Assembly: GCA_002327905.1 (NCBI GenBank)
Contig: DCUY01000084.1
Coordinates: 1,512-55,117, forward strand
Origin: a candidate division WOR-3 bacterium UBA2202
GTDB lineage: Bacteria > Hydrothermota > 32-111
DNA length: 53,606 nt
Direction: 5' to 3'
Below are positions 40,779-51,600 of this stretch, piece by piece (position 1 is the stretch's first letter; each line of letters starts with the position of its first letter). A program made the position numbers and the translations under genes. The notes under the pieces are model-generated. The model made no database searches, was not told where the DNA came from, and worked only from the letters and a program-made list of their open reading frames with translations.

Positions 40779-41834
40779 CTAAATCTTAAATGGCAATGTT
40801 AATTCCAATTGATATGTGAATCCTCCGTAAAGGTAATTCTCAAATTGTCCCTCCATTCCAAGATCAACTCTGAAAATATTTGTTGTGTAGCCCACTCCAA
40901 GAGCTATGTCCATGAATCCAAGCGCCTGAAGCTCTTTGAATGATGTTCCGGCTCTGAAAGAAGGGGAGCCGTTTATGACTGTCGCAAGGAAGGATGAATC
41001 TTCAGTTGAACGGGTGTATGTATATTCTGCGCCTACTCTGTAAAAATACGGCAGATCCGATTTGAATATTCTGTTTACATCTCCGCATATTATGAGAGTG
41101 GAAAAGGGATTTACCGAGACTCCCAATGATGTATAGATCGGAATAATCTGCTTGTCGTATCCTGTCCAATATATATGCGTGATTATATCTCTCGCCATAA
41201 GTCCGGCAGTGAAACGCGATGTTTTGTATACTATTCCCGCATCAAGCCCGTATCCGTTTCCGTAAGAAATGTCAGCATCCGCGTCAGTGACATTCTCCGA
41301 GGAATCCTTATATAATCGGGTTTCAACAAATTTTCCGTTTAGATATTTTAAGTTGAAGCCGATGAGAATGGGTGTGTCATAGTGAGAATCAGACCCGGCA
41401 AATGTAGTTACAGTAATAATATATTCATCAAGCTTCACCTCAAAGTCCCTCTCAAATCCGAGAGACTCATTGAATGAATCTCTGTAGGAAATCATATAAA
41501 GAGGATGGTATGAGAATCCGCCCTGATATGTTACCAATGAAAAGAATGAAATATGCTTTCCGAGTACAGACGGCTCCCTCTCTATTATCTGCGCAAAAGT
41601 CGAGCTGTCCTCTTCCGCGAAGACCGCAGTGAGAGCGGCGGCTTCAAGTCCTCCCAAAAGAGCGGGATTCCAGTATGGAGCTGTCGCATCAGGATAGAGA
41701 GCTGTTCCTGCGCCTCCTATTGCCTTGATCCTCGCCGAAGGCATTGATGTTGGATAAGTCAAAGGTATAGGCACCTGTTCGGCGCATAGGATAATTGAAA
41801 AAATCAAAAAAACAGAGAATAATTTTATTTTCAT
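40779..41834 (-). CDS. PorV/PorQ-like (FadL-type) outer-membrane protein
   Basis: Signal peptide; SARIKAIGGAGTALYPDATAPYWNPALL; GYGLDAG; beta-strand pattern. Confidence 0.7.
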   Translation of the reverse strand: MKIKLFSVFLIFSIILCAEQVPIPLTYPTSMPSARIKAIGGAGTALYPDATAPYWNPALLGGLEAAALTAVFAEEDSSTFAQIIEREPSVLGKHISFFSLVTYQGGFSYHPLYMISYRDSFNESLGFERDFEVKLDEYIITVTTFAGSDSHYDTPILIGFNLKYLNGKFVETRLYKDSSENVTDADADISYGNGYGLDAGIVYKTSRFTAGLMARDIITHIYWTGYDKQIIPIYTSLGVSVNPFSTLIICGDVNRIFKSDLPYFYRVGAEYTYTRSTEDSSFLATVINGSPSFRAGTSFKELQALGFMDIALGVGYTTNIFRVDLGMEGQFENYLYGGFTYQLELTLPFKI

Positions 41835-42895
41835 CAATACTCCAGAGGTTCTTCAACATTGTTTATAACCCTCAGCACTCCTCTCACAAGAGCAAGTATT
41901 TCATCCTCTCCGGGATAAATCACAATGGGAGCTATAAATCCTGTTCTCTTCTCTATAATGTCAGTAAGGCATTTATTGTATGCAATTCCGCCTGTGATTA
42001 TTATTGCATGCACCTGTCCGAAAAGAACTGTTGACATTGCGCCCACCCCTTTTGAAACCTGATACATCATTGCGTCGAGAATCAGTTTTGCCTTTGAATC
42101 TCCCTGCTCCATCAGATTTATAACTTCAGGGACATTGTCCGTATCCATATATGAATATAATCCGCCCTGCACTGTAAGCATCTTTTTCAAGTCATCATAA
42201 CTGAATTTTCCGCTCGAAGCGAGTTTTGCAAGCTGAGTCGCCGGAAGATCGCCGCATCTCTGCGGAGAGAACGGACCTTCGTCGTTTGCATTGGTGACAT
42301 CAATCATTCTGCCGTCTTTGTGGGCTGAAACTGAAATTCCTGTCCCCAAATGGACTACTATCAGAGATGATTTGAAATAATCTGTATTGTTCTCCTTTGC
42401 CCATTTTTTTGCGACCATTTTCATATTCAAAGCGTGGGAGAGAGATTTTCTCTCTATCTGCTTTAATCCGGAGATTCTTGCCACATCGTCAAATTCATCA
42501 ACAGAGACAGGGTCAACAATGAATTTTCTTTGATTGTTCTTGGCGAGTTTGTCTGCAATGAGGCATGCAAGATTCGAAACATGGTCTGCCAAGACTCTTT
42601 CATTTAAAACATCATCAATCATTTTTTTGCTTATCGGATATGTTCCTGATTTCATTGATTTGAATGTTCCGCCTCTTGCGACAAAAATGTCTATTGAATC
42701 AAGGGAAATGTTTTTTTCTGAGAGGAATTTTTCTATGAGAGAGACTCTCATTTCAAGCTGGTCAATTGTCTTTTTGAATTTTTGTATGTCATCTTTGTAA
42801 TGTCTTACAGTCTCACTGAATATCTCTATATCATTTTCATAGAGGCCGACCTTTGTGGATGTTGCTCCCGGATTTATCGCCAGAATCTTTGTCAT
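41834..42895 (-). CDS. buk: Butyrate kinase
   Basis: INPGATSTK, VDPVSVDE, HALNMK, VHLGTGISV, EGPFSPQR, TGGIAY, YPGEDE. Confidence 0.95.
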   Translation of the reverse strand: MTKILAINPGATSTKVGLYENDIEIFSETVRHYKDDIQKFKKTIDQLEMRVSLIEKFLSEKNISLDSIDIFVARGGTFKSMKSGTYPISKKMIDDVLNERVLADHVSNLACLIADKLAKNNQRKFIVDPVSVDEFDDVARISGLKQIERKSLSHALNMKMVAKKWAKENNTDYFKSSLIVVHLGTGISVSAHKDGRMIDVTNANDEGPFSPQRCGDLPATQLAKLASSGKFSYDDLKKMLTVQGGLYSYMDTDNVPEVINLMEQGDSKAKLILDAMMYQVSKGVGAMSTVLFGQVHAIIITGGIAYNKCLTDIIEKRTGFIAPIVIYPGEDEILALVRGVLRVINNVEEPLEY

Positions 42896-44439
42896 AAGGC
42901 AACCTCTCTCACAACATCAATTATTGTTCCGTCTCTGTATTCAATAAGAGCCACGATTCTGTCTTTCTTTTCAGGCTTCTCCATTTTTCCTGTTATCTTC
43001 TCTATTTTATTCTTCATCTCATGAATAGGCATTATCGGTATTGATTTAATATTCTTTGCTTTTTCGATTAAGTCTGTGCGGAGAGGATTTATTGCAATTC
43101 CCATCTCCGTGACTATCACATCAACTGTCTCTCCCGGAGTTGTTACTGTCGTTACGGAATCCATTATGATGGGAAGGCGGTTTCTGTAAGCGGGTATTGT
43201 AATCATCGTAATATCGCATCCTGCCGCCACATCCTGATGTCCGCCTATTCCATGCAGAAGAAGCCCGTCCGAATGGGTGTTCACATTAACATTAAAATTC
43301 ACATCGACTTCAGTCGCTCCTAAAAATCCGACATCGAGCTTATCAACGAGACATCCCTTTGAGAAATAATTTGCGTATTCATCCACTGTGCATTCAAAAT
43401 GGTTTTTGTCTGAGCGCATGGACTCTATAGCTTCCAGATCAAAAGACTGGACATCAATCAGCGAATCAGTGAGACCCTCTTTCAGCATTTCAACAGCGTA
43501 TTTGGTAATACCTCCGTTTATGAATTTTGCCTTCACATTCTTTTCGCGCATCTTGTCAGCCATAAATTTTGTGACTGCGAGAGAGATTCCCCCAGCTCCT
43601 GTCTGGAAATTCATTTCATTCTTTATATATCCGATTTTATCAAGAAAATCTACGGAATATTTTGCGATCAGAAGACGGGTGGGGGATTTAGTTATTCTCA
43701 TGGTGCCTGTAACAATAAGCGCCGGGTCTCCTATTGAATCCACTTTTACTACCGTATCGACTCTTGTAGATGGGATTGAATGGGGAACAAGAGGATATTT
43801 TACGAGATTATCGGTAATCACTATGACATGCTCCGCATATCTTGAATCAATATCCGCGTATGCGAGAGGCCCGCAGGCTGACTTGCCGTATAATCCCGAG
43901 CAGTTTCCGAATTCATCCGCAGTCGGAGAAGCGATGAATGCAATGTCAATCTTCATATCTCCGGATTCAATCGCTCTCACCCTGCCTCCGTGGCTTCTTA
44001 GCACGCATGTATTCTTCATATTCCCGTATGATACGAATTTTCCTATTGGGCCGTTCAAACTTCCCTCAATTTTTGAAATAACTCCTGATTTGACAAATTC
44101 AATAAGCTTGTCATGAACAGCAAAGAGAGCTGTGGGGAAAATAGTTATATTTTTAATGCCCATTTTTGCAATCTCTTCAATAACCATATTCACGACTGCA
44201 TCTCCCTCTCTTAGATGATGGTGGAATGAAATAGTCATTCCGTCTCTGACCTGAGCTTTCTCCAAAGCATCTCTCACAGTTTTGCAGAGTTTGTCGTTGT
44301 TGGGCTTTGAGATTGAAAGCTTAGGCGCAAATTTTCTTTTTCCAATGGGATTTGTGTTGAATGCACCTGCAAACGGATGTAGCTCCCTGTTGTCTATGCT
44401 GTCAGGTATATCTCTGTTAACCGCATTTTTACGAAGCAT
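42892..44439 (-). CDS. citF: Citrate lyase alpha subunit (citrate CoA-transferase)
   Basis: DGMTISFHHHLREGD, RSHGGR, FQTGAGG, DVQSFD, GGHQD, TTPGETVDVIVTE, YRDG. Confidence 0.95.
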   Translation of the reverse strand: MLRKNAVNRDIPDSIDNRELHPFAGAFNTNPIGKRKFAPKLSISKPNNDKLCKTVRDALEKAQVRDGMTISFHHHLREGDAVVNMVIEEIAKMGIKNITIFPTALFAVHDKLIEFVKSGVISKIEGSLNGPIGKFVSYGNMKNTCVLRSHGGRVRAIESGDMKIDIAFIASPTADEFGNCSGLYGKSACGPLAYADIDSRYAEHVIVITDNLVKYPLVPHSIPSTRVDTVVKVDSIGDPALIVTGTMRITKSPTRLLIAKYSVDFLDKIGYIKNEMNFQTGAGGISLAVTKFMADKMREKNVKAKFINGGITKYAVEMLKEGLTDSLIDVQSFDLEAIESMRSDKNHFECTVDEYANYFSKGCLVDKLDVGFLGATEVDVNFNVNVNTHSDGLLLHGIGGHQDVAAGCDITMITIPAYRNRLPIIMDSVTTVTTPGETVDVIVTEMGIAINPLRTDLIEKAKNIKSIPIMPIHEMKNKIEKITGKMEKPEKKDRIVALIEYRDGTIIDVVREVAL

Positions 44440-44441
44440 CT

Positions 44442-45614
44442 CTACTCCTGATTTATGGTTTTATAAATTGACATTACACGCATGGCTCTCAAAACTATAG
44501 GCATGTCTATCATTTTGCCTTTATGCTTGACAACTCCGGAGCCGTCTTCTTTTGCTTTATTGAATACTTCAATTATCTCCTTTGCCTCTTCAATCTCTTT
44601 TTCAGACGGCTGGAAGACAGAGTGGACTATATCTATTTGAGAAGGATGTATGACTCCTCTTCCGTCGAAACCGAGGATTTTTGATTTTTCTGTGCTTCTC
44701 TTTAGACCCGCTGTATCTTCAATATTTGAATATACCGTGTCTGACGCCTGAATCCCCGCGGCCTTTGCCGCATTGACAATCGACTGCTTCGCAAATAAGA
44801 GCTCATCTTCTCCTTCAGTCTTTCTCACTCCGAGCGATACTGTGTAATCTTCCGCGCCGAAGGCGAGAGCTGTTGTTCTGTCGGATATTCCTGCTATTTC
44901 ATAAGCATTTTCGACTCCCTTTGCAGATTCGATTATAGGCATTATTTTTGCCTGATATCCGTAAAGGTTGAATCTCTTTTCCGTTTTTTCAAGAATCTCC
45001 GAGACTTTTTTGACATCGTATTCACTCTCGCATTTGGGAATGAGAATCACATCCGGTTTGTGCGGAAGAATCGCTTCAATGTCCTCTGCTCCGCATACAT
45101 CAAGAGAATTTATTCGCACCATTTTTTCGGCTTTTCCAAAATCTATATTGCGCAAAGCGTATGAAACAAGCATTCTGGCGCTGTCTTTGTCTTCAAGCGA
45201 CACAGCGTCTTCAAGGTCAAGTATAATCCCGTCCGCATTATAATATGTGATTCCTTGCATGAGATACGGATTGCTTCCGGGGAGATAAAGCCTTGTCCTT
45301 CTGAGCTTGTACACAGCTTCGCGTTTTTCCGAATAAAACTTTTTTTCAATCTCCTGAGATGCTCTCAGTATTGCAGATTCCATGCGCGCTCTAATCACAT
45401 AATCTAAAGCGCCGCTGTCTATTACCGTGATAATAGCATTTGCGATTCCGTATTTATTTGCGATTTCATCGACAGACGATGCTATCTGGGTATAATAGAG
45501 TCTGCCGAGAGAAGATGTAATTCTGACCTCAAGTCCGGACTGTCCGGGCTCGACTTTCACCAATACATCCTGTTTTGATTCGCTTCCTGCAACTCCGGTT
45601 TTCTTTATATCCAT
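44442..45614 (-). CDS. citE: Fused CitD-like acyl carrier plus citryl-CoA lyase CitE
   Basis: N-terminal ~88 aa CitD-like (DSGALDYVIRARME); then RRTRLYLPG, LDLEDAV, VRIN, IIESAKG, FGAEDY, IHPSQ. Confidence 0.9.
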   Translation of the reverse strand: MDIKKTGVAGSESKQDVLVKVEPGQSGLEVRITSSLGRLYYTQIASSVDEIANKYGIANAIITVIDSGALDYVIRARMESAILRASQEIEKKFYSEKREAVYKLRRTRLYLPGSNPYLMQGITYYNADGIILDLEDAVSLEDKDSARMLVSYALRNIDFGKAEKMVRINSLDVCGAEDIEAILPHKPDVILIPKCESEYDVKKVSEILEKTEKRFNLYGYQAKIMPIIESAKGVENAYEIAGISDRTTALAFGAEDYTVSLGVRKTEGEDELLFAKQSIVNAAKAAGIQASDTVYSNIEDTAGLKRSTEKSKILGFDGRGVIHPSQIDIVHSVFQPSEKEIEEAKEIIEVFNKAKEDGSGVVKHKGKMIDMPIVLRAMRVMSIYKTINQE

Positions 45615-45626
45615 ATTAATCCTCCT

Positions 45627-46814
45627 TCACTTTTCATTGACAGCGTATTCATATAACTTCTGCAGAAGCATCAGCCCTGCGGTTTTTGAATAATTTCTGC
45701 TTGCAAACTGATGACAAAAAAATGCAACTTTGCTCTTTAGGTCATTTTTTAAAACATCTTCAATTGCATTTGAAATATTAATTTCATTTATTTCTTCAAC
45801 CACTCTGCCGTTTTCATTATTTACAAAAAACGGAAGTTCTCCCACATTGGATGAAATTACGGGAGTCCCCATTGACAATGACTGCAGAGCATTTGTTCCG
45901 AACTGCTCGAAGCGCGACGGAATCACAGTCACATCGGAAATATGCATCAGAGAGGGCTTCTCTTCATCTGCAAGTGACTGCAGATAGACATAATTCTGCC
46001 TGTTTGATTCGCACAATGCCTCTATCTCTTTTGCAAAATCACCCTTGCCCACAATCACAAAGCAGATATCATCGCGCTTTTCAAGTATATTTTTCGCCGA
46101 TTTCAGAAAGACATCAATTCCTTTCATATAATTCACCTGATCGGCAAAAAGAACTATATGTCTGCATTTTTCGTTTATGTCGAAATATTCTCTGTAAACA
46201 TCATAGTTTTCATCAATGAATTTATACACATCGTCATCATATCCTCTGTAAATAAGCTTCAGCTTAATTGCATCAAGATGAAAGGCGCTTCTAAGCTGCA
46301 TTTCAATCTGTTTTGAAGGAGCTATTATGAATCTTGCCTTGTCAACCGCATATTTCACATAGTCCGCATAACGGGGGTCTTCCGAAGATGCGGCAGGCTC
46401 ATTCCCGAAGCTTGTGCATATAAGAGGAATTTTTTGTGATACTTCTCCTGCAAGCTCCGTAGATATCCATAAATACTGTGAGTGGATTATATCCGGTCCG
46501 AATTCCTTTATTATTTCTCTTATTTTTTCTCTTGCAAATATTATATAATTGTTCAATTGAGTGTTTGTGACAGTTGAAAATGTAAGGTCAGTATGCGGAT
46601 GAGTGGTGAAGCATGGGAACATCACATTGCTCTCTTCATTACCGAAGATTACAGTCTTTATTCTGAAAGATTCATTGTAATTTGTATTTTTATTGTCAAA
46701 ATTCACTACGAGAACTTCATTGCCTGCTGATGAAAAGAAGCGGGCTATATCTCTTGTGTAAATGCCGCTCTGAGACGCCACTAAAGGAAAAGGAGTTATG
46801 AGAAGTATCCGCAT
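45627..46814 (-). CDS. Glycosyltransferase family 4
   Basis: PDIIHSQ, KGID, IVGKG, PSRFEQFG, GTPVISSNVG. Confidence 0.88.
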   Translation of the reverse strand: MRILLITPFPLVASQSGIYTRDIARFFSSAGNEVLVVNFDNKNTNYNESFRIKTVIFGNEESNVMFPCFTTHPHTDLTFSTVTNTQLNNYIIFAREKIREIIKEFGPDIIHSQYLWISTELAGEVSQKIPLICTSFGNEPAASSEDPRYADYVKYAVDKARFIIAPSKQIEMQLRSAFHLDAIKLKLIYRGYDDDVYKFIDENYDVYREYFDINEKCRHIVLFADQVNYMKGIDVFLKSAKNILEKRDDICFVIVGKGDFAKEIEALCESNRQNYVYLQSLADEEKPSLMHISDVTVIPSRFEQFGTNALQSLSMGTPVISSNVGELPFFVNNENGRVVEEINEINISNAIEDVLKNDLKSKVAFFCHQFASRNYSKTAGLMLLQKLYEYAVNEK

Positions 46815-47902
46815 CAATCCCCCATTTCTATCTGCAGTCTTCTTGCAGTCTCTACAAGCTGTCCGTAAGGGTCAACCAATTTTTGATTGTTTATCACCTT
46901 TTCTATTGGAACCGAAGTGATGTCTTTTCCGTTTAAGCTCACCATGAATCCGAATTTCATCTGCGCGATAAGGTCGCATGCTTCAACTCCGAAACGCGAT
47001 GCAAGAATTCTGTCGAACGGGGTTGGAGAACCGCCTCTCTGAACATGGCCCAATACTGTTGTCCTCACATCCATGTCGGTCATTTCAGTCAATTTTGATG
47101 CTATGTAGTTTCCTATGCCGCCGTATCTCGGCAGAGTTCCTTCATTCTTTGCTTTCTCTATATACTGCTTGTCCCTGTCTTTTTCAAATGCTCCCTCTGC
47201 AACCACTATTATCGAAAAATGGGATTGCCTTTCTCTTCTTAAATTTATTTTTTCAACAATCTTTTCAAGATCAAAAGGAATTTCAGGAATAAGAATTATA
47301 TCAGCTCCCCCTGCAATTCCCGAGTTTAGAGCTATCCATCCCGCATCTCTTCCCATAACTTCTATTATCATAATTCTATGATGCGATTCCGCTGTTGTGT
47401 GGAGTTTGTCTATTGCTTCGGACGCAGTGTTGACAGCAGTGAAGAATCCGAATGTATAGTCTGTCATCGATAAATCATTGTCTATTGTTTTAGGCACACC
47501 CACGATATTTGCGCCTCTCTTATAGAGCTGATTGGCAATATTGAGAGTGCCGTCTCCTCCGATGACTATGAGGCCGTCAATTTGATTTTCAAGAAGATTT
47601 TTCAGAATCTCTCCCGAAAGATCTTTGGTCACTATTTCATCTCCTTCTTTTACAGGGAACTTAAATGGATTGCCCCTGTTGGAAGTGCCTAAAATCGTAC
47701 CACCGCGCGGAAGGATTCCTTTTACAGAGGACATATCCATGTGAAACATTTTTTCCGTATTTATAAGTCCGTCAAAACCGTCAATAATTCCGTAGACTTC
47801 CCAGCCATAATGCATAATGGCTGATTTAACCGCCGCTCGGATGACTGCATTAAGACCGGGGCAATCACCGCCTCCTGTCAAAATCCCGATGCGTTTAATC
47901 AT
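46814..47902 (-). CDS. pfkA: 6-phosphofructokinase (GGDG/PKTIDND type, likely ATP-dependent)
   Basis: TGGGDCPGLN, IGGDGT, PKTIDND, EVMGRDAG, LGHVQRGG. Confidence 0.96.
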   Translation of the reverse strand: MIKRIGILTGGGDCPGLNAVIRAAVKSAIMHYGWEVYGIIDGFDGLINTEKMFHMDMSSVKGILPRGGTILGTSNRGNPFKFPVKEGDEIVTKDLSGEILKNLLENQIDGLIVIGGDGTLNIANQLYKRGANIVGVPKTIDNDLSMTDYTFGFFTAVNTASEAIDKLHTTAESHHRIMIIEVMGRDAGWIALNSGIAGGADIILIPEIPFDLEKIVEKINLRRERQSHFSIIVVAEGAFEKDRDKQYIEKAKNEGTLPRYGGIGNYIASKLTEMTDMDVRTTVLGHVQRGGSPTPFDRILASRFGVEACDLIAQMKFGFMVSLNGKDITSVPIEKVINNQKLVDPYGQLVETARRLQIEMGD

Positions 47903-47918
47903 AAGTCTCCTTATAAAA

Positions 47919-47991
47919 TGGACCAGAGCGGAATCGAACCGCCGACCTCATCCTTGCGAAGGATGCGCTCTCCCAACTGAGCCACTGGCCC
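47919..47991 (-). tRNA. tRNA-Ala(CGC), CCA not encoded
   Basis: GGGCCAG/CTGGTCC acceptor with G3-U70; anticodon arm CATCC-TTCGCAA-GGATG; T loop TTCGATT. Confidence 0.96.
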
Positions 47992-48670
47992 TTTTCTCTG
48001 CAATAAACAGAATCTTATTATATTTATTATACCAATTTCCAATAATAATATCAATAAAATTAATTAAATCAATAGGCAATTTCCTGAATATAGAGAAAAA
48101 ATGCATAGAAAATAGAATTTTGTTTTCAAATTTTATAATTCTTTTTATTTCAAAATCCCCGGCTGAAAGCATATCAGTCATGTTCTTCTCGTTAAAAGAG
48201 TGCAGATGGGCATTCTCGGGAGTAAGCTTATTGCAGTGTACGCATAAATGTTTTTTAATTATCTCATTGTAGGGGACAGTGATATAAAGCGTTCCTCCGT
48301 CCATAAGAATTCTGTTCATCTCCCTAATTGCTGATTCAGGGTTTACAATATGCTCCAATACTTGAGAAATCACAATTGATGTGAAGCTCCTCTCTTTATA
48401 GGGGAGTCTGTTTATATCGCCCTCTGCCTTTATGGAAGAGGACTCATTGTTGGTCTGTGAAATATCCAAAGAAAATAGGGATGACGAATCGGAAAGATTC
48501 ATTTTTCCGCTTCCGCTTCCTATGTCGAGAATTCTTTTCTCTGTCCTTGAGTGCAGAAGTTTTTTTAAAATACGGAATCTGTAATCGTCAATATCTCTGA
48601 AAAAAGCGGATTGGCTTGAGTAATCCATACATTCATTGTCAGTTATGTAATGCTCTATGTAATCTTTCAA
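47948..48670 (-). CDS. Class I SAM-dependent methyltransferase with CxxC insert; 3' end inside tRNA-Ala
   Basis: ILDIGSGSG, GDINRLPY, SQVLEHI, TVP, CVHC...HLHSF. Confidence 0.88.
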   Translation of the reverse strand: MKDYIEHYITDNECMDYSSQSAFFRDIDDYRFRILKKLLHSRTEKRILDIGSGSGKMNLSDSSSLFSLDISQTNNESSSIKAEGDINRLPYKERSFTSIVISQVLEHIVNPESAIREMNRILMDGGTLYITVPYNEIIKKHLCVHCNKLTPENAHLHSFNEKNMTDMLSAGDFEIKRIIKFENKILFSMHFFSIFRKLPIDLINFIDIIIGNWYNKYNKILFIAEKRASGSVGRAHPSQG

Positions 48671-48682
48671 AGATAATCCCCT

Positions 48683-51600
48683 TTAATTTTCGTTTGCTCT
48701 TTTAATTGATTTCTTAATTTTCTTTATCAGGTTCACCGCATTTTGTATTGTCTTTTCTTTCTTTATCTCCTTTGCAATTGACATCGATTCTTCAGCAAGC
48801 TTTAAGGCGAGAGAAAAGTTTTTCATATCAGACTGGAGTTGCGCCCTCTGAAGAAGAAAATGGGCGAGCGGATATCTGGCATTCATATCTTTTATAATTC
48901 CAATGCACATTTTAAAGTGTTTGTCGCTCATTGAATAATTTTTCTGAAGCTTAAACATCTGTCCGATATTTCCGAGGTCAATTGCTTCAGACCACCTGCT
49001 ACCTATCTGTCTGTCAACTTCAAGAGCCTCCATATAATATTTCAGAGACATCTTATAATCGCCTTTGACAGCATATATATTTGCAATGTTTCCGAGTACA
49101 ATTGATTCATTGTCCAGATTGTTTATCTCTCTGTCTATTTTAAGAGCCTTCAAAAGGTATTCAAGTGCTTTTTTGGTCTCTCCCATATCATTATAGACCG
49201 TTCCTATGTTTCCGAGAGTGACTCCTTCGTTTCTCCTGTTTCCTATCTTGCTGTTCATTTCAAGAGAATTAAAATAGCATTCCAATGCTTTTTTATAATC
49301 CTGCTTTTCAAAGTGAATCAGTCCTATTCTGAGAAGAAACAATGCCTGATCATTCAAATTTCCGTTTGATTGGGCGTTTTTCAGTGAGCGCGAGTAAAAG
49401 TTCATTGCCTTGTCATATTCTCCCTGCCTGTATAGAACCAATCCAAGATTGGAGAGAATGGAAGTTGTCTTGATTAAATCCTTTTTTGAATATCTGAGAG
49501 CATTTTCAAATTCTTCCGTCGCTTTGGCATATTCGCCCTTATTGTAGAATACAATTCCTTTCTTTTCATGTATATCGGAGACTCCGAAGGGATCTTCCGC
49601 TTTTTTGTAATACTTTTCTGCTATGTCATACTCTTTGAGCGAATCCTCATACTTTCCCATTGCCCACAGCGCTTCTCCGATGCCTTTGTGCACTGTGCCG
49701 CTGTGCATTATTGATAATTTAAAGTCTTTTGTCAGTCTTCCGTAGAGCTCCATTGCGCTCTCATATTTGCTTATATGGCTGAGAATCTCTCCTTTCTTAA
49801 TGGAATATTCTATTCTTGTTTCATTAGGTATTTTCATTTTGAGAAGCTCATCAATGAGAATCAAAGCATTTTCATTTGAATATGCCTTTATATCCTTTTC
49901 TATTGTCTTTTTAAGGTAGAAGAGGGATTTTTTTATATTTCGGCTCTTCTTGTAATGGTGATAGAGGGTCTCATAATACGGAAGAAGATTCTCAGAGAAT
50001 ATCTGTTCATAAAGAAGCGCTATCTTCCTATGAAGCCGTATGAGTGTGTTTTCAAACTGCATTTTATATGCGATTTCATGAAGGAGAATATGCCTGAAAA
50101 AAGCAGTTTGATTTGAGAGAAGGGAGATTATCTTATTATTTTCTCCTTCAAGAAGTACAGTGTTCAAATTTTTGTCTTTCAGAAGATGCTTTAAAAGTAT
50201 TACTTCAAATTCCTTTCCTATTACAGATGCTTTCTGTATTCCGTCTCTGGTAACTGCAGAGAGTGCGTCAAGGCGGGAAACAATCAGCCTGTCTATATTT
50301 GAAGGTATTTCATAATCAGCATTTTTCAAGACAAGAACATCTCCGCTTGAGACTACCATATTATTGTCGACAAGATGCAGAGACAGTTGCTCAAGAAAGA
50401 GCGGATTGCCTTCGCTCTTTTGCCAGAGCACAGAGACAAGTTCGTCAGAGACAGATTTTTTAAAAAAATGCTCTACAAATTTCTTTGCGTTTGTTTCCTG
50501 AAAGTTATTCAGCTTGACTGTGATTTTATCTATTTCAATAGAATCAATCTTCTTTGTGGTTTTGCTCTCCTCTCTGAAGAGGAACATGAATATGGAGGGG
50601 GATATGTCACTCTCTCGTAAAATATATTTTATGAATTCAGCGCTGTCATCGTCCATCCACATGGCATCATCGAAAATATAAGCATGAATTCCTGCAGAAG
50701 AGTGTTTCATCAGGATTTCCTTTATTACAAAGAATGTTCCCTCCATCTTCTCTTTTCCGGAGAGATTTTTTATTGAAAAGCCCTCTTCCTGAATGAAAAA
50801 ATATTTGAGAAATGCAGTGAATCTTTCGCAGTTCTCATGAAAATATTTGATACAGTATTTATCAATCATCTCAATCTTCGTCTGGTCGGAATCAAAGAGA
50901 TTGAATGACAATATTGATGAGAGGAATACTTTGAATGGGAACATGGATTCTTTTATTATCGGGTCCGAATTTGAATAAAAATATTTCATTTTATGCGCGT
51001 TGACTGACTCGAATGCAAGTCTTGTCTTTCCTGTTCCGCTCTCTCCTATGAGATTTACAAAACCGGGGCTGTTTGCCTTACTGCACTTAAATATAAATTT
51101 TGAAATCTCCTCTGTTTCATTTTCTCTTCCGACAAACGGGGAGATGAAATCTCCCTTGAATCTCTCCTTTGTCTGAGAGACGGAGAATACATCGACAGGC
51201 TGATTCTTTCCTTTAAGTTTTATTGAATCAAGTTTTTTAAATGAAAAATCTTTGCTTTCTTCTTTTATATTTGATGTAACAATAAGCTGATTCTCCGCAA
51301 ATGTTGCAAGACGGGCGGAAGTATTGACAATATCCCCTATCACTGTGTATTCCTGCCAGAATTGGCTACCTATGAATCCTGCATAAGAGACGCCATAGTC
51401 AATGCCGATTGAAATGGAAAAATCCTTAAGCTCGTCCTTTACTGACATTGAAAACTGCACTGCTCTGTCAATCATATCTTCATGCGCATAAGGAGCTCCG
51501 AATATAACAAGAGCTATTCCGCCCTTATCTCCGAAATCGATTTTATTGAGATAGCCGTTGAATTTAACCGTCTCTGCTATGAGTCTTTCGGAGATTAAAT

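Noticed and set aside
45880-45910. GT4 EX7E motif reads E-x7-Q
   Set aside because: Variation at this site occurs in GT4; not enough to claim inactivity
47817-48272. 151-aa plus-strand ORF
   Set aside because: Antisense to pfkA, tRNA-Ala and the methyltransferase; WTRAESNRRP is a typical reverse-tRNA translation
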